A stretch of DNA of 64,000 bases, taken from assembly GCA_030059675.1 (NCBI GenBank), contig JANVYQ010000003.1, forward strand, positions 128,001 to 192,000, written 5' to 3'. Under the pieces are notes generated by a model. It saw only the letters and a program-made list of their open reading frames with translations, was not told the DNA's origin and did no database searches. Origin of the DNA: Candidatus Pelearchaeum maunauluense (GTDB lineage: Archaea > Thermoproteota > Nitrososphaeria_A > Caldarchaeales > Caldarchaeaceae). Shown here piece after piece: positions 9,924 through 18,242 of the stretch. A program made the translations under genes and the position numbers. Within the stretch, counting starts at the first letter, position 1. Each line of letters opens with the position of its first letter.

Positions 9924-10528
9924 ATCACTAGGTCAAGTGAATCGGATGGAATACCTAGCTTATGCGCGGTCTTCATGAAAATACTCTCCAGCTCAAGATA
10001 ACGCTTCTTACTTATGCTCCGCGGAATCTCGCGTATAGCCCCCAATTCAAGTAGGTTACGTAGTATGTGTCTATCTATTATGGCCAGCTTGCTGTAGCCT
10101 ATGTTTCTTAGGAAATGGCTGGCCTCTTTCATACCTAGTCCCCTTATGGAGCTTACGAGAAGCTCTCTCGCTTCATAGGCGTTTAACGGGTTGTTTAAGA
10201 TTATTTTCCGTATCTCTCCTATTTTTTCACGGGCCAGAATTATGTTATGAGCCTTTGTCCTGTGGAATCTAACACCAGCCTCTCTCAGGGCGCGTGAAAT
10301 CTCTTCCTCACCACCATTCCTGAGTAAGCCCGTCTCTTTGAGGTGGGTTATCGCCCTATCCGCAGCCCTCGCCCTAGTCTGCGGAGTACATATACAGAAA
10401 CAAAGCTCCGCAAATATCTCCCATATATCCTGATTCCTAACACGCTTAAACGCGTTAAGCCTGGCAATAATCTCGCCACGCTTGGCTGTATACGCTCTAC
10501 GTATCTCTTCTGCTTTTCTCTTATTCAT
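9890..10528 (-). CDS. ogg: 8-oxoguanine DNA glycosylase/AP lyase (Ogg family)
   Basis: ELCFCICT, HhH motif GLGMKEASHFLRN, AIIDRH, C-terminal GEVFK. Confidence 0.92.
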   Translation of the reverse strand: MNKRKAEEIRRAYTAKRGEIIARLNAFKRVRNQDIWEIFAELCFCICTPQTRARAADRAITHLKETGLLRNGGEEEISRALREAGVRFHRTKAHNIILAREKIGEIRKIILNNPLNAYEARELLVSSIRGLGMKEASHFLRNIGYSKLAIIDRHILRNLLELGAIREIPRSISKKRYLELESIFMKTAHKLGIPSDSLDLVMWSLKTGEVFK

Positions 10529-10545
10529 CCACCGTTTAAGGTAGC

Positions 10546-12000
10546 TTAATGCCTATTTATGGTCTTGAAGAAAAGCCTGGTCTGGCCTAATGTCTGAAGC
10601 TCGCTCTCACGCACACTTAGGACTACTGGTATGTCAGATACCATCCTACCCACGAGGAGGCAGTGACGCGGAGGAAGGCCGCGTCCTAGGCTTTTAACAG
10701 ACTCGCCATCTATCCTAGAAGCGCGGGCAATCCTCTCAAGGTCCGACTCATTAGCGAAGTTGAAGAGGAAGAAGTTGTCAGCCTGCCTATACACCGATTC
10801 GGGAATAGTATCTGGCTGGTTGGTGACGAAGATTGGGAATAAGCCGAGGTGGCGCATCCGCGTTACGATGTCTTCCCAGTAGGTCTCTCTAAGGTATAGG
10901 TGTGCCTCCTCAGCCAGTAGGAAGAGCGGCGTTATAGCTTCCTGGCGTAGCATGTTGGAGAGGCTACTCAGCAGATACTCAACCACAAGCCTTCGTGTCG
11001 TCGGGAGCAGGTTAAGGAGATTCACCACAACTAGATTACCGCCGGGCTTGGGCTGGAGAAGGTCCCGCAGTTCTGTAGGCTCCCTATCATCAACAACAAA
11101 CCCGCTTGCCTCAATTGAGTTGATGCGCGAAACTAGAGCTTCTCGTACAGACTCATTCATAGATATTCTAGATAGAGTTTGGATTAGTGTGTTAAGGGTA
11201 ACTTCTCCCTCCCCCCGCTCAACTATGTGCCACACCCGTGAAAACTCTCTACAACTCGTGGGCGGGGTTTGGTAAACATGCTCCAGCACATCCATGAAGC
11301 AGCGCAGCCCCATCATGCTGGGCGAGGTAGTGAAATTAACACCAGGCTCAAGAACTGTCATGCTCCCTGCTAATACGCTAAGCCCTCCATCTTTTCTCCT
11401 ACCCAAGTGGATATACTCCCCATTAACATCTAAAACAAGCACGGTAGCTCCATTAGTTACCAGCCCCTCTACCAGCAGCTTAGCCATATGCGATTTACCG
11501 CTCTCCTTCTTCCCAGTTATTATGGTGAGCTGTCCGTCTAGAGATTCTACTGGAATATGGAACGGGTGTCCACCGACTTTTCCGAGCAGGATTAGCCGCT
11601 CACCCTCTTGCCGCGAGATTATATGGAAATACTCCCTGCCTATTCTCTCTATATCAGCCGAGAACCTGTTGGGAAGCCACGCGCTGTTAGTAAGTAGCTT
11701 GCCATCCAATACTACGCCCCTTATCTTGGCTGTTACCAGCCTTATCTCACGTATCAAGAGGCTTAGCGAGGTTATGTTATAGGGGTCAAAGAGTTTCTTG
11801 CCATTAGCCTCTTCGGCTGATATGTCCCGCATTATGTCTTCGGCGACTCCTGGAACGTCTGCGTAGCAGACGTCTATCACCTGCAAGAGTAGCGCCAGCT
11901 CTCCGTCGCGCGCCACTAGGTAGTCGCCTATGCTGAAGTCTATCTCATCAGGCTTGCAGAGTATCTCCAGCGTATCCTTATGCTTCTGAAGTATTCTCAT
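10546..12000 (-). CDS. herA: HerA-family ATPase/helicase (DUF87)
   Basis: N-terminal HAS-barrel-like region, Walker A GKKESGKS, LDVNGEY, Walker B AEEAH, RMRHLG, TNQP. Confidence 0.85.
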   Translation of the reverse strand: MRILQKHKDTLEILCKPDEIDFSIGDYLVARDGELALLLQVIDVCYADVPGVAEDIMRDISAEEANGKKLFDPYNITSLSLLIREIRLVTAKIRGVVLDGKLLTNSAWLPNRFSADIERIGREYFHIISRQEGERLILLGKVGGHPFHIPVESLDGQLTIITGKKESGKSHMAKLLVEGLVTNGATVLVLDVNGEYIHLGRRKDGGLSVLAGSMTVLEPGVNFTTSPSMMGLRCFMDVLEHVYQTPPTSCREFSRVWHIVERGEGEVTLNTLIQTLSRISMNESVREALVSRINSIEASGFVVDDREPTELRDLLQPKPGGNLVVVNLLNLLPTTRRLVVEYLLSSLSNMLRQEAITPLFLLAEEAHLYLRETYWEDIVTRMRHLGLFPIFVTNQPDTIPESVYRQADNFFLFNFANESDLERIARASRIDGESVKSLGRGLPPRHCLLVGRMVSDIPVVLSVRESELQTLGQTRLFFKTINRH

Positions 12001-12009
12001 ATCCCACGC

Positions 12010-13056
12010 TCAGCTCGCATCAAGCGGTGAGAAGAGAGCCTGCCTCACGTCGGGTATGTTAATTATCCTAGAGCCAGTGAGGTTTTCCAAACCTACTTGC
12101 AACCCAAGTATATCGGTCTTGTTGAAGGTGGCGTATTGGTGGGCTAGGATTAGTGTTTCTGGATAGCCGTAAACTAGGCTATCGCTGGCTAGTAGGTCTT
12201 CAACCGCTCTATACGGCTCATCACAATCCCGCGCTGCTACATCAACCCTATATGGGAACAAGCATCGGGAGAGATGCGCCACATATATCTCGCCTAGCTG
12301 ATAATGTCCAGGTCTGAGCCTAAGAGCGTCCTTGAAGCATACTAGATAGGGCGGCTTACTGCCATTAAGCAGGTTTGTTATCTTAACACCCATGTATCGT
12401 AGTTTGCTGGACTTGGCGAAGGCAACAACTCCTATACCGTTCTGCTGCGCCACCTGTATAACCATTCGTACAGCTCTGAGTGGGCTATCTATGGGCCCAG
12501 CGGTCAGTGAGCCGTCTATTAGTAGGATTCCCCCATCAAGCTGTGAAGCTGCGTAGAGCTGTAGCATCTTCTCAAAGAGGCTGGCCACGACGCTATGCGC
12601 CATTTCCAGCCTAGGCGTTGCATGGCCTTGTAAGCCGAGGGAGCTTGTGAGTGTCTTCATGATTAGGGGTAGGGTTTGTTTGGAGAGTTGGTAGATGATG
12701 GGGCCGAATATCTCAAGCTCCACCGTGCTTAGAACACGTTTTACAACCACGCCGCGCAGCGCCCAGATGCTTCCATTCACGCCTTCAGCTAGCTTGACTG
12801 TTGAGGTATCAACCGCTATTACGCGGCGCGGCTCCTCAGATACCTTGAGAGGTATCGGCTTAAGCCCATCAAGACTTAGGTGAGGCTCCAGCTCCTCTTC
12901 TTCGGGCTCAATCAACGTTTCTGGGGCTATTAACTCGCCCCCACCAAGCCCACCAGCCATAGCTGGGCTGAGCCGCGAAAATGCTTTAAGGAGCTGTTCA
13001 AGTTGATTATGATGGTATGGTTGGTGGGCAAGTTGGGTTTGCATCATCAGCCCCAC
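12010..13056 (-). CDS. nurA: NurA-family nuclease
   Basis: IAVDTS, LLIDGSL, VVAFAKSS and GYPETLILAH motifs; immediately upstream of herA. Confidence 0.85.
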   Translation of the reverse strand: MGLMMQTQLAHQPYHHNQLEQLLKAFSRLSPAMAGGLGGGELIAPETLIEPEEEELEPHLSLDGLKPIPLKVSEEPRRVIAVDTSTVKLAEGVNGSIWALRGVVVKRVLSTVELEIFGPIIYQLSKQTLPLIMKTLTSSLGLQGHATPRLEMAHSVVASLFEKMLQLYAASQLDGGILLIDGSLTAGPIDSPLRAVRMVIQVAQQNGIGVVAFAKSSKLRYMGVKITNLLNGSKPPYLVCFKDALRLRPGHYQLGEIYVAHLSRCLFPYRVDVAARDCDEPYRAVEDLLASDSLVYGYPETLILAHQYATFNKTDILGLQVGLENLTGSRIINIPDVRQALFSPLDAS

Positions 13057-13120
13057 TCTCCTGGCTTATTGGTGGTATTGTATTGAATATAAATGTTGTG
13101 CATGATGGTCAAGATTTAAC

Positions 13121-13552
13121 ATGAACAGCACAATAAAAGTAAGAATAACCATAGGAAACACCACCGTAGAGGTGGAAGCACCGCCAGACCAGTTAGAAGA
13201 AGCTGTGAGAAATGTGGTCGCAGCCATCAAGGCTGCTGGAATAGCCGCGCAGAGCGAGCAGCCCCAGCTTATTCCAGAGAGAAAAGAACAACGAGCCGTG
13301 ACTTGCAGGCGTATTGTTGAAGAGCTCCTCGGCGAGGGTTGGTTCTCAAAGCCTAGAAGCCTGGGCGAGGTTGCATCGGAGCTGGCGCGCCGCGGTTTTA
13401 GCTACGACAGGACAGCTATAGCGCATGTCTTGCTAGACATGGTTAGAGAGGGGCTTATGAGACGCGAGGGGGAGGCTAGGAGCTATCTCTACATAGAGTC
13501 CAGCCGTGAGAAAAACACACAGCACGACACTCAGGGCACAGCTTTGGAGTGA
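13121..13552 (+). CDS. Small protein: N-terminal beta-hairpin/helix module plus C-terminal winged helix
   Basis: EGWFSKPRSLGEV...LLDMVREGLMRREG wHTH pattern; divergent from nurA. Confidence 0.75.
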   Translation: MNSTIKVRITIGNTTVEVEAPPDQLEEAVRNVVAAIKAAGIAAQSEQPQLIPERKEQRAVTCRRIVEELLGEGWFSKPRSLGEVASELARRGFSYDRTAIAHVLLDMVREGLMRREGEARSYLYIESSREKNTQHDTQGTALE

Positions 13553-14040
13553 AGCTCCACAAGAGATTTCAAGCCTAAAGTCGTTATTGTGTAGTCGCCC
13601 CTATCAAGCCTCCTGATAAGCCCCTTCTGCAAAAGCTCGCTCAGCCTTCCTGAAATCGTCTTCTCAGGCTTCCCTATTGCTGCCTGTATCTCAGAAGCCG
13701 ACGCCGTGGGGCTGTCTTTCAGACCAAGCGCGTGCTCAATATAGCGCTTGGCTAGGAAGAGGACGACCGCGTCAGCCGTGGGAAGGGAGCTGAGCGGCTT
13801 CAGGAAGAAGACTCCCTCATCAGGATTGTATGATATTAAGCTGGAGAGACGGTCAAGCAGCTCCTGTAGGTCTGTAGAGTAGGTTATCCGCGATGCTAGG
13901 GAGTATGAGGGTATGTTCTTCTCTAGGAATCTTATCACGCTAGCGTAGACCTCTGCTGGATTACCTTCAAACTCTGCCCGTAGGTCTTTATAGCTTATGC
14001 TCACGCGCAACTTATCCTCTGCCATCTCACTTCTCCTCAA
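13531..14040 (-). CDS. Winged-helix protein (paralogue of 14027-14488)
   Basis: ASEIQAAIGKPEKTISGRLSELLQKGLIRR wHTH; likely start is the ATG at 14025. Confidence 0.8.
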   Translation of the reverse strand: MRRSEMAEDKLRVSISYKDLRAEFEGNPAEVYASVIRFLEKNIPSYSLASRITYSTDLQELLDRLSSLISYNPDEGVFFLKPLSSLPTADAVVLFLAKRYIEHALGLKDSPTASASEIQAAIGKPEKTISGRLSELLQKGLIRRLDRGDYTITTLGLKSLVELHSKAVP

Positions 14041-14488
14041 TTAGCTTCATAAGCGCCGCCGTAAAGACATATCTCCCCTCATCAACTCGGCGGACAAGCC
14101 CAGCCTTCCACATCTCGCCCAGCCTGTTGGCAGCGTTCTTCTCGCTCAGCCGCGTGGCCGAGGCGACCTGCTTGGGGGTCATAGCATCACTCTCAAGCAA
14201 GCCTAGCCTATGACCGACAAAAGCGCCAGCAAGACAGAGCGCTATCTTCCGCTTGGTCTCGGTGTCCTCCAACACAGAAACATTACCACCCTCAACCAAC
14301 ACACGGCCAGCTATCCTCTCAGCCAAGCTAGTAACGTCATGCGCTCCTGTAAGACGTTGTAAAAGATTGACAGGACCTAGAACCTCTGAGAAGTATCTAT
14401 TTACGCTTCTCCAGACTGTCTCATAGTCGCCTGAGAACTCCGCCACCGTGTCGCCGTGCTTAATATGGACTGTGATGTTCTCCACCAT
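14027..14488 (-). CDS. Winged-helix protein (paralogue of 13531-14040)
   Basis: MTPKQVASATRLSEKNAANRLGEMWKAGLVRR wHTH; alignable along its length with the neighbouring gene. Confidence 0.8.
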   Translation of the reverse strand: MVENITVHIKHGDTVAEFSGDYETVWRSVNRYFSEVLGPVNLLQRLTGAHDVTSLAERIAGRVLVEGGNVSVLEDTETKRKIALCLAGAFVGHRLGLLESDAMTPKQVASATRLSEKNAANRLGEMWKAGLVRRVDEGRYVFTAALMKLIEEK

Positions 14489-14578
14489 ATTCCAGCATCC
14501 CCTGCCTGAATGCTGCTAATCAAAAGACCTAAAGCCCCGAGTTAAGTTTATAGGCAGCAAAACACATCAACCCCAGCT

Positions 14579-14851
14579 ATGAACCGCGACCAAGCGCTGG
14601 GTGTAATAATACTCCTCGCCAGTATAGCTGGGATACTAATATATGGATGGATAGTCTTCCTCACGGAATTCTGGCAAATCATACTCAAGCTCACAGCATT
14701 CGTAGCAGTAGCGGGAATACTTGGAATACTAGCATGGATAGGCTACACGCTGGCAACAACACCACCACCCAAACCAATAGAAGAGATTGAAAAGGAACTA
14801 GAAGAAGAACTAAAGAAAACAGAGCAACAACAAGAAAAACAAGAACAATAA
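14579..14851 (+). CDS. Small two-TM membrane protein with charged tail
   Basis: Two hydrophobic helices then WIGYTLATTPPPKPIEE and an E/K-rich tail, a pattern recalled from archaeal conserved hypotheticals. Confidence 0.8.
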   Translation: MNRDQALGVIILLASIAGILIYGWIVFLTEFWQIILKLTAFVAVAGILGILAWIGYTLATTPPPKPIEEIEKELEEELKKTEQQQEKQEQ

Positions 14852-14908
14852 CCACAATAAGGTATTAACTTTACAATCCTATAAATTAGGGCGTTGTGCA
14901 AGAAGGAT

Positions 14909-15316
14909 TCATCTAAGCCTGTGAATCATAATTAAGAAATAAATAATGCCTACTGCAATAATGAAGCCTGAAGCTGGAGTAAAAGCTACATCAATATTAA
15001 AAACACCATTCATCGTGAATCCTACTATTCTCTAGATGTTACCAACTGATATCAGGTATGCGGGCGTTATGCTAAGCCCCCTGTAAGGCATGCGGCGTGA
15101 TAAGAGTCCTGGCATTAAGATTGGGGCGTAAGCCGTTATTATATGCGCTATGAAGCCGACTGCTAATGCGTGTATAAACGCATCTCTAAAAGCTAGGTAG
15201 AGTCTTGGCATGAACGGCATCAGCATGCCAAAGATAAGCGAGGCCATAAGCCAAGCAAAGGCAAGTCTAGAAACAGACGCGAAGTATAGATACCTAGTTC
15301 TGTCCCTCTCGTTCAT
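14909..15316 (-). pseudogene. C-terminal remnant of a polytopic membrane protein (NnrS-like DAxxHAxxxGF) with an internal stop
   Basis: RDAFIHALAVGF...YAPILMP; in-frame TAG at 15032-15034, after which the frame continues RIVGFTMNG...IMIHRLR* to 14909; no N-terminal part. Confidence 0.65.
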
Positions 15317-15341
15317 GACTTGGAATTGACGAGACGACGTA

Positions 15342-15500
15342 TCAATCCTCTGATCCTACACCTTTGTTAATCTTTTTGGCTGTTTTATGCGCATCGATAA
15401 TATTCCAAATCCATACAATAAGGTACATGGGTATTCCAATAATGCCGAGAATCAAAAGTGCAAAAATAATTGCTAGTGCCAAGAAAAGAACGAGGAGGTT
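15342..15500 (-). pseudogene. 5'-truncated fragment of a small membrane protein
   Basis: Manual translation LLVLFLALAIIFALLILGIIGIPMYLIVWIWNIIDAHKTAKKINKGVGSED*; no convincing start. Confidence 0.5.
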
Positions 15501-15506
15501 GACTGA

Positions 15507-15785
15507 ATGTTTAGTAAGGCTGAGAGGGATTATCTTTACTCACTTAAAAGCGGTAAAACACGTAAATGGAGTAAGAAATATGAGGAGATCCTAAGGTACA
15601 GAATAAGGAAGAAAGTCAAGATGGCACTTAAGGATCTCGAACTAGCTTTGGACATGATAGGACAGGATTCACTACTAAAAGCAGTAGAGCTACTACAGAA
15701 AATTGTAGAACTCCATGGGAACAGCGAGTTTATAGCGCGGCTTTACGAAAAGAAGGGGCTGCAAATGGGCGCTAGGAGAGGTTTA
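15507..15785 (+). mobile_element. Basic ORF reading into the antisense of tRNA-Leu; possible N-terminal fragment of a tRNA-split (SSV-type) integrase
   Basis: ATG preceded by GAGGAGG; no stop before the tRNA 3' end; frame continues through the tRNA (CGGWDLNPR) to 15965. Confidence 0.45.
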
Positions 15786-15899
15786 TGCGGGGGGTGGGAT
15801 TTGAACCCACGAACCCCTTCGGGACAGGGTCCTAAGCCCTGCGCCGCTGGTCTTCCCAGCTTTTGGCTGGGTTATTTGGCCAGGCTTGGCAACCCCCGC
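15786..15899 (-). tRNA. tRNA-Leu(UAG) with a ~29-nt D-loop intron (15847-15875)
   Basis: GCGGGGG/CCCCCGC acceptor stem, CAGGG-CT-TAG-GA-CCCTG anticodon arm, long variable arm, GTTCAAATC T loop; the insert forms a relaxed BHB. Confidence 0.93.
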
Positions 15900-15907
15900 C
15901 CCTCTTA

Positions 15908-16903
15908 TCATGCTATACCATGGTCTGTTCTTAAAGATTTATGCTTATGTCTGGCATGTATGTAGTGGTTCGCCAGCTCTGCCGCGAGTTTGGTCGTTTG
16001 GTCTTGCTGGTCGTTGGGTGGTGAGACCTCCATTATATCTAGCCAGCGGGCATTCAGCGACGATGCAAAGCTGTAAATCATGTATATCGCCTCCCAGGAG
16101 CTCATACCGCCTGGAGATGGGTGGTCTGTGCCAGGGGCGTAGGCCTGGTCAAGCGCGTCTATGTCAAAAGTAATGTAAATAGACTCAACTCCCTTCATCC
16201 ATCTTACAATTTCGCGCGTAGTTTGTTCAAGTCCCTTAGTACGTAAGTCCCATACAGTTATGTAGCGTATCCCCATGTTCTTCACGTGCTCTATGTAATG
16301 ACGCGAGTATAGAGAGCCGCGTATCCCAATCTGAACCACATTAACGCCTTTTAACACGTTTTCGTCAAGCAGCCGTCGTAACCAAAAGCCGCTATGCTGT
16401 CCCCACCCAGTTCTTGTATCGTGATGAGCATCAAACTGGATGAGCCCTACATCACCACCGCTGGCTCTTTTAGCGGCTCTTATCAGCTCATAAGTAAGAG
16501 AGTGGTCTCCGCCAAAGGTTAGAACATTCTCAGCGCTTCTGAAGACTTTATCAGCAACCTCGGCTAAACGTCTCATAGTTTCGTGAAAATCAACGATATT
16601 CACCTCCACATCACCACAATCATAGACACCTTCTATAATCTCGCTATCATGCTCAACCAAGTAATTGGTCTTTGAGTAGAGGTATTCCCTTATTCTTGAT
16701 GGAGCGTATCTAGACCCCCTGCGATGCGATACAGTACCCCCATCAAACGGCACGCCGAGAATAGCCAGCCATACCCCACCCTCACCATCCCAACGCCTCA
16801 CCACATCACCCAACCAACGCACATTAGGGTCCGGGAAGAACCTATAGCCACCTAGACGAGGTTCAGAGAGATACCTCCGCGACATGACAAGCAAAACCCC
16901 CAA
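15908..16903 (-). CDS. Ureohydrolase family protein, formimidoylglutamase/agmatinase-like
   Basis: GVPFDGG, GGDHS, DAHHD, DIDALD and PGG motifs; N-terminal DPNVRWLGD extension of the HutG-like type. Confidence 0.85.
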   Translation of the reverse strand: MGVLLVMSRRYLSEPRLGGYRFFPDPNVRWLGDVVRRWDGEGGVWLAILGVPFDGGTVSHRRGSRYAPSRIREYLYSKTNYLVEHDSEIIEGVYDCGDVEVNIVDFHETMRRLAEVADKVFRSAENVLTFGGDHSLTYELIRAAKRASGGDVGLIQFDAHHDTRTGWGQHSGFWLRRLLDENVLKGVNVVQIGIRGSLYSRHYIEHVKNMGIRYITVWDLRTKGLEQTTREIVRWMKGVESIYITFDIDALDQAYAPGTDHPSPGGMSSWEAIYMIYSFASSLNARWLDIMEVSPPNDQQDQTTKLAAELANHYIHARHKHKSLRTDHGIA

Positions 16904-16986
16904 ACACAGGATTTAAACACCGCAAGGCCCATACACTAATCAAGTTTATAAACACGCACAAACAAACAGTATAATAAGGAGGGTTC

Positions 16987-17064
16987 AGCGGGGTAGGGTA
17001 GCCAGGTTAACCCGCCGGGCTCATAACCCGGAGATCCCTCGTTCAAATCGAGGCCCCGCTACCA
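16987..17064 (+). tRNA. Initiator tRNA-Met(CAU)
   Basis: A1:U72 pair, three consecutive G-C pairs in the anticodon stem, CAT anticodon, encoded CCA. Confidence 0.96.
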
Positions 17065-17105
17065 CCCTCCATTAATCATTATATTTTCTTGATTAATGCA
17101 CCATA

Positions 17106-17675
17106 TTGGTTGTTTATGTTTCTTTATCCATGGCAGTATTAGCGCATGGTCGTGGTTTTCTAATACCGCGGACGTGGGCTGGCCCTGGTGAGGAGACTCT
17201 CTATGCCATACACGTAACAGCCGAGAAGGCTGGAGTAGCCAGCTTCAGACTAATGGTTCCTGAGGGATTTAGAATATCGTTGGATGATGTGATAAGGAAA
17301 TGGGATTGTGAGTGCTTTACAGACGAGCAGGGATTTGTTAAAGCATTAAACTATGCTATATCAATACCGAAAAATGAATACGTGGAATTTGACATCTTTA
17401 CCGCCAAGAATCCAGACAAACCAGGTAAGTATAGGTGGATTCTAATAGTAACGTACGCGGATGGAAGTAAAGAAATTTTTGAACAAGACCTATGGATAGC
17501 AGGTGCGGGAAATAATCTCCAAACTCAGCTAAACATTATTATGATTTTACTGATTCTACTTCTTGTTGGTGTGGTAGGAGTTCTTACTTTTATTTTAAGA
17601 AGACGTAAAGAAAAAATATATGATAAAAACGGCATACATGGCAAATTGTTAAATACCCGCAAGAAAATAACTTAG
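17106..17675 (+). CDS. Exported, C-terminally anchored protein, YcnI/DUF1775-like
   Basis: Short signal-like AVLA|H start, beta-rich domain (AKNPDKPGKYRW...TYADGS), C-terminal TM helix followed by RRRK; AT-rich. Confidence 0.55.
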   Translation: MVVYVSLSMAVLAHGRGFLIPRTWAGPGEETLYAIHVTAEKAGVASFRLMVPEGFRISLDDVIRKWDCECFTDEQGFVKALNYAISIPKNEYVEFDIFTAKNPDKPGKYRWILIVTYADGSKEIFEQDLWIAGAGNNLQTQLNIIMILLILLLVGVVGVLTFILRRRKEKIYDKNGIHGKLLNTRKKIT

Positions 17676-17684
17676 GCTTAGAAT

Positions 17685-18242
17685 ATGAGCAAGTATGCAC
17701 GATTATCGGTTGAACTCCAAACCATGCTACGGTTGGAGAAACCGCCAATAGCTATATCATTTAGCCCCCAAGCCAAACAAGGTCTAAAGGAGAGTAAAGA
17801 TACCGTCCCTTCCAGCTGCACTTTTTGGGCTAAAGCACTCAGCGAGACATTCTACACAACACGCGGACAACATCTAAACTGTAGTATAGGCTCCGTTACG
17901 CATGGTATTAAGAAACCTGACGAAGTAATGCCCGAATGTGGATGCGGTGATGTTGAGATGCTCATTAATGCTGGTTGGATTACCCGCGATTCAATTACAA
18001 GACTTCCACAAATGCCTATGAATGAGGGAACCATATCCTATGGTCCTTCAGCTCACGCTCCCTTTGACCCTGATGTGGTTTTAGTCTTCTGTAACGCGGA
18101 GCAGGCTATGTTTATTGTTGAAGCTGTGGATTCTCATAAGACTATGGGAAAGCCCACATGCGCGGCTATACCAGAATCCTATAACAATAATACACTCGTT
18201 GTGAGTCTTGGATGCACGGCGAGTAGGCTTGGTAGTGGCTGA
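17685..18242 (+). CDS. DUF169 family protein, probably 3'-truncated
   Basis: LRLEKPPIAI, CTFW, NCSIG, PDVVLV, PTC and SLGCTASR pattern; ends abruptly at the start of the next gene. Confidence 0.75.
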   Translation: MSKYARLSVELQTMLRLEKPPIAISFSPQAKQGLKESKDTVPSSCTFWAKALSETFYTTRGQHLNCSIGSVTHGIKKPDEVMPECGCGDVEMLINAGWITRDSITRLPQMPMNEGTISYGPSAHAPFDPDVVLVFCNAEQAMFIVEAVDSHKTMGKPTCAAIPESYNNNTLVVSLGCTASRLGSG

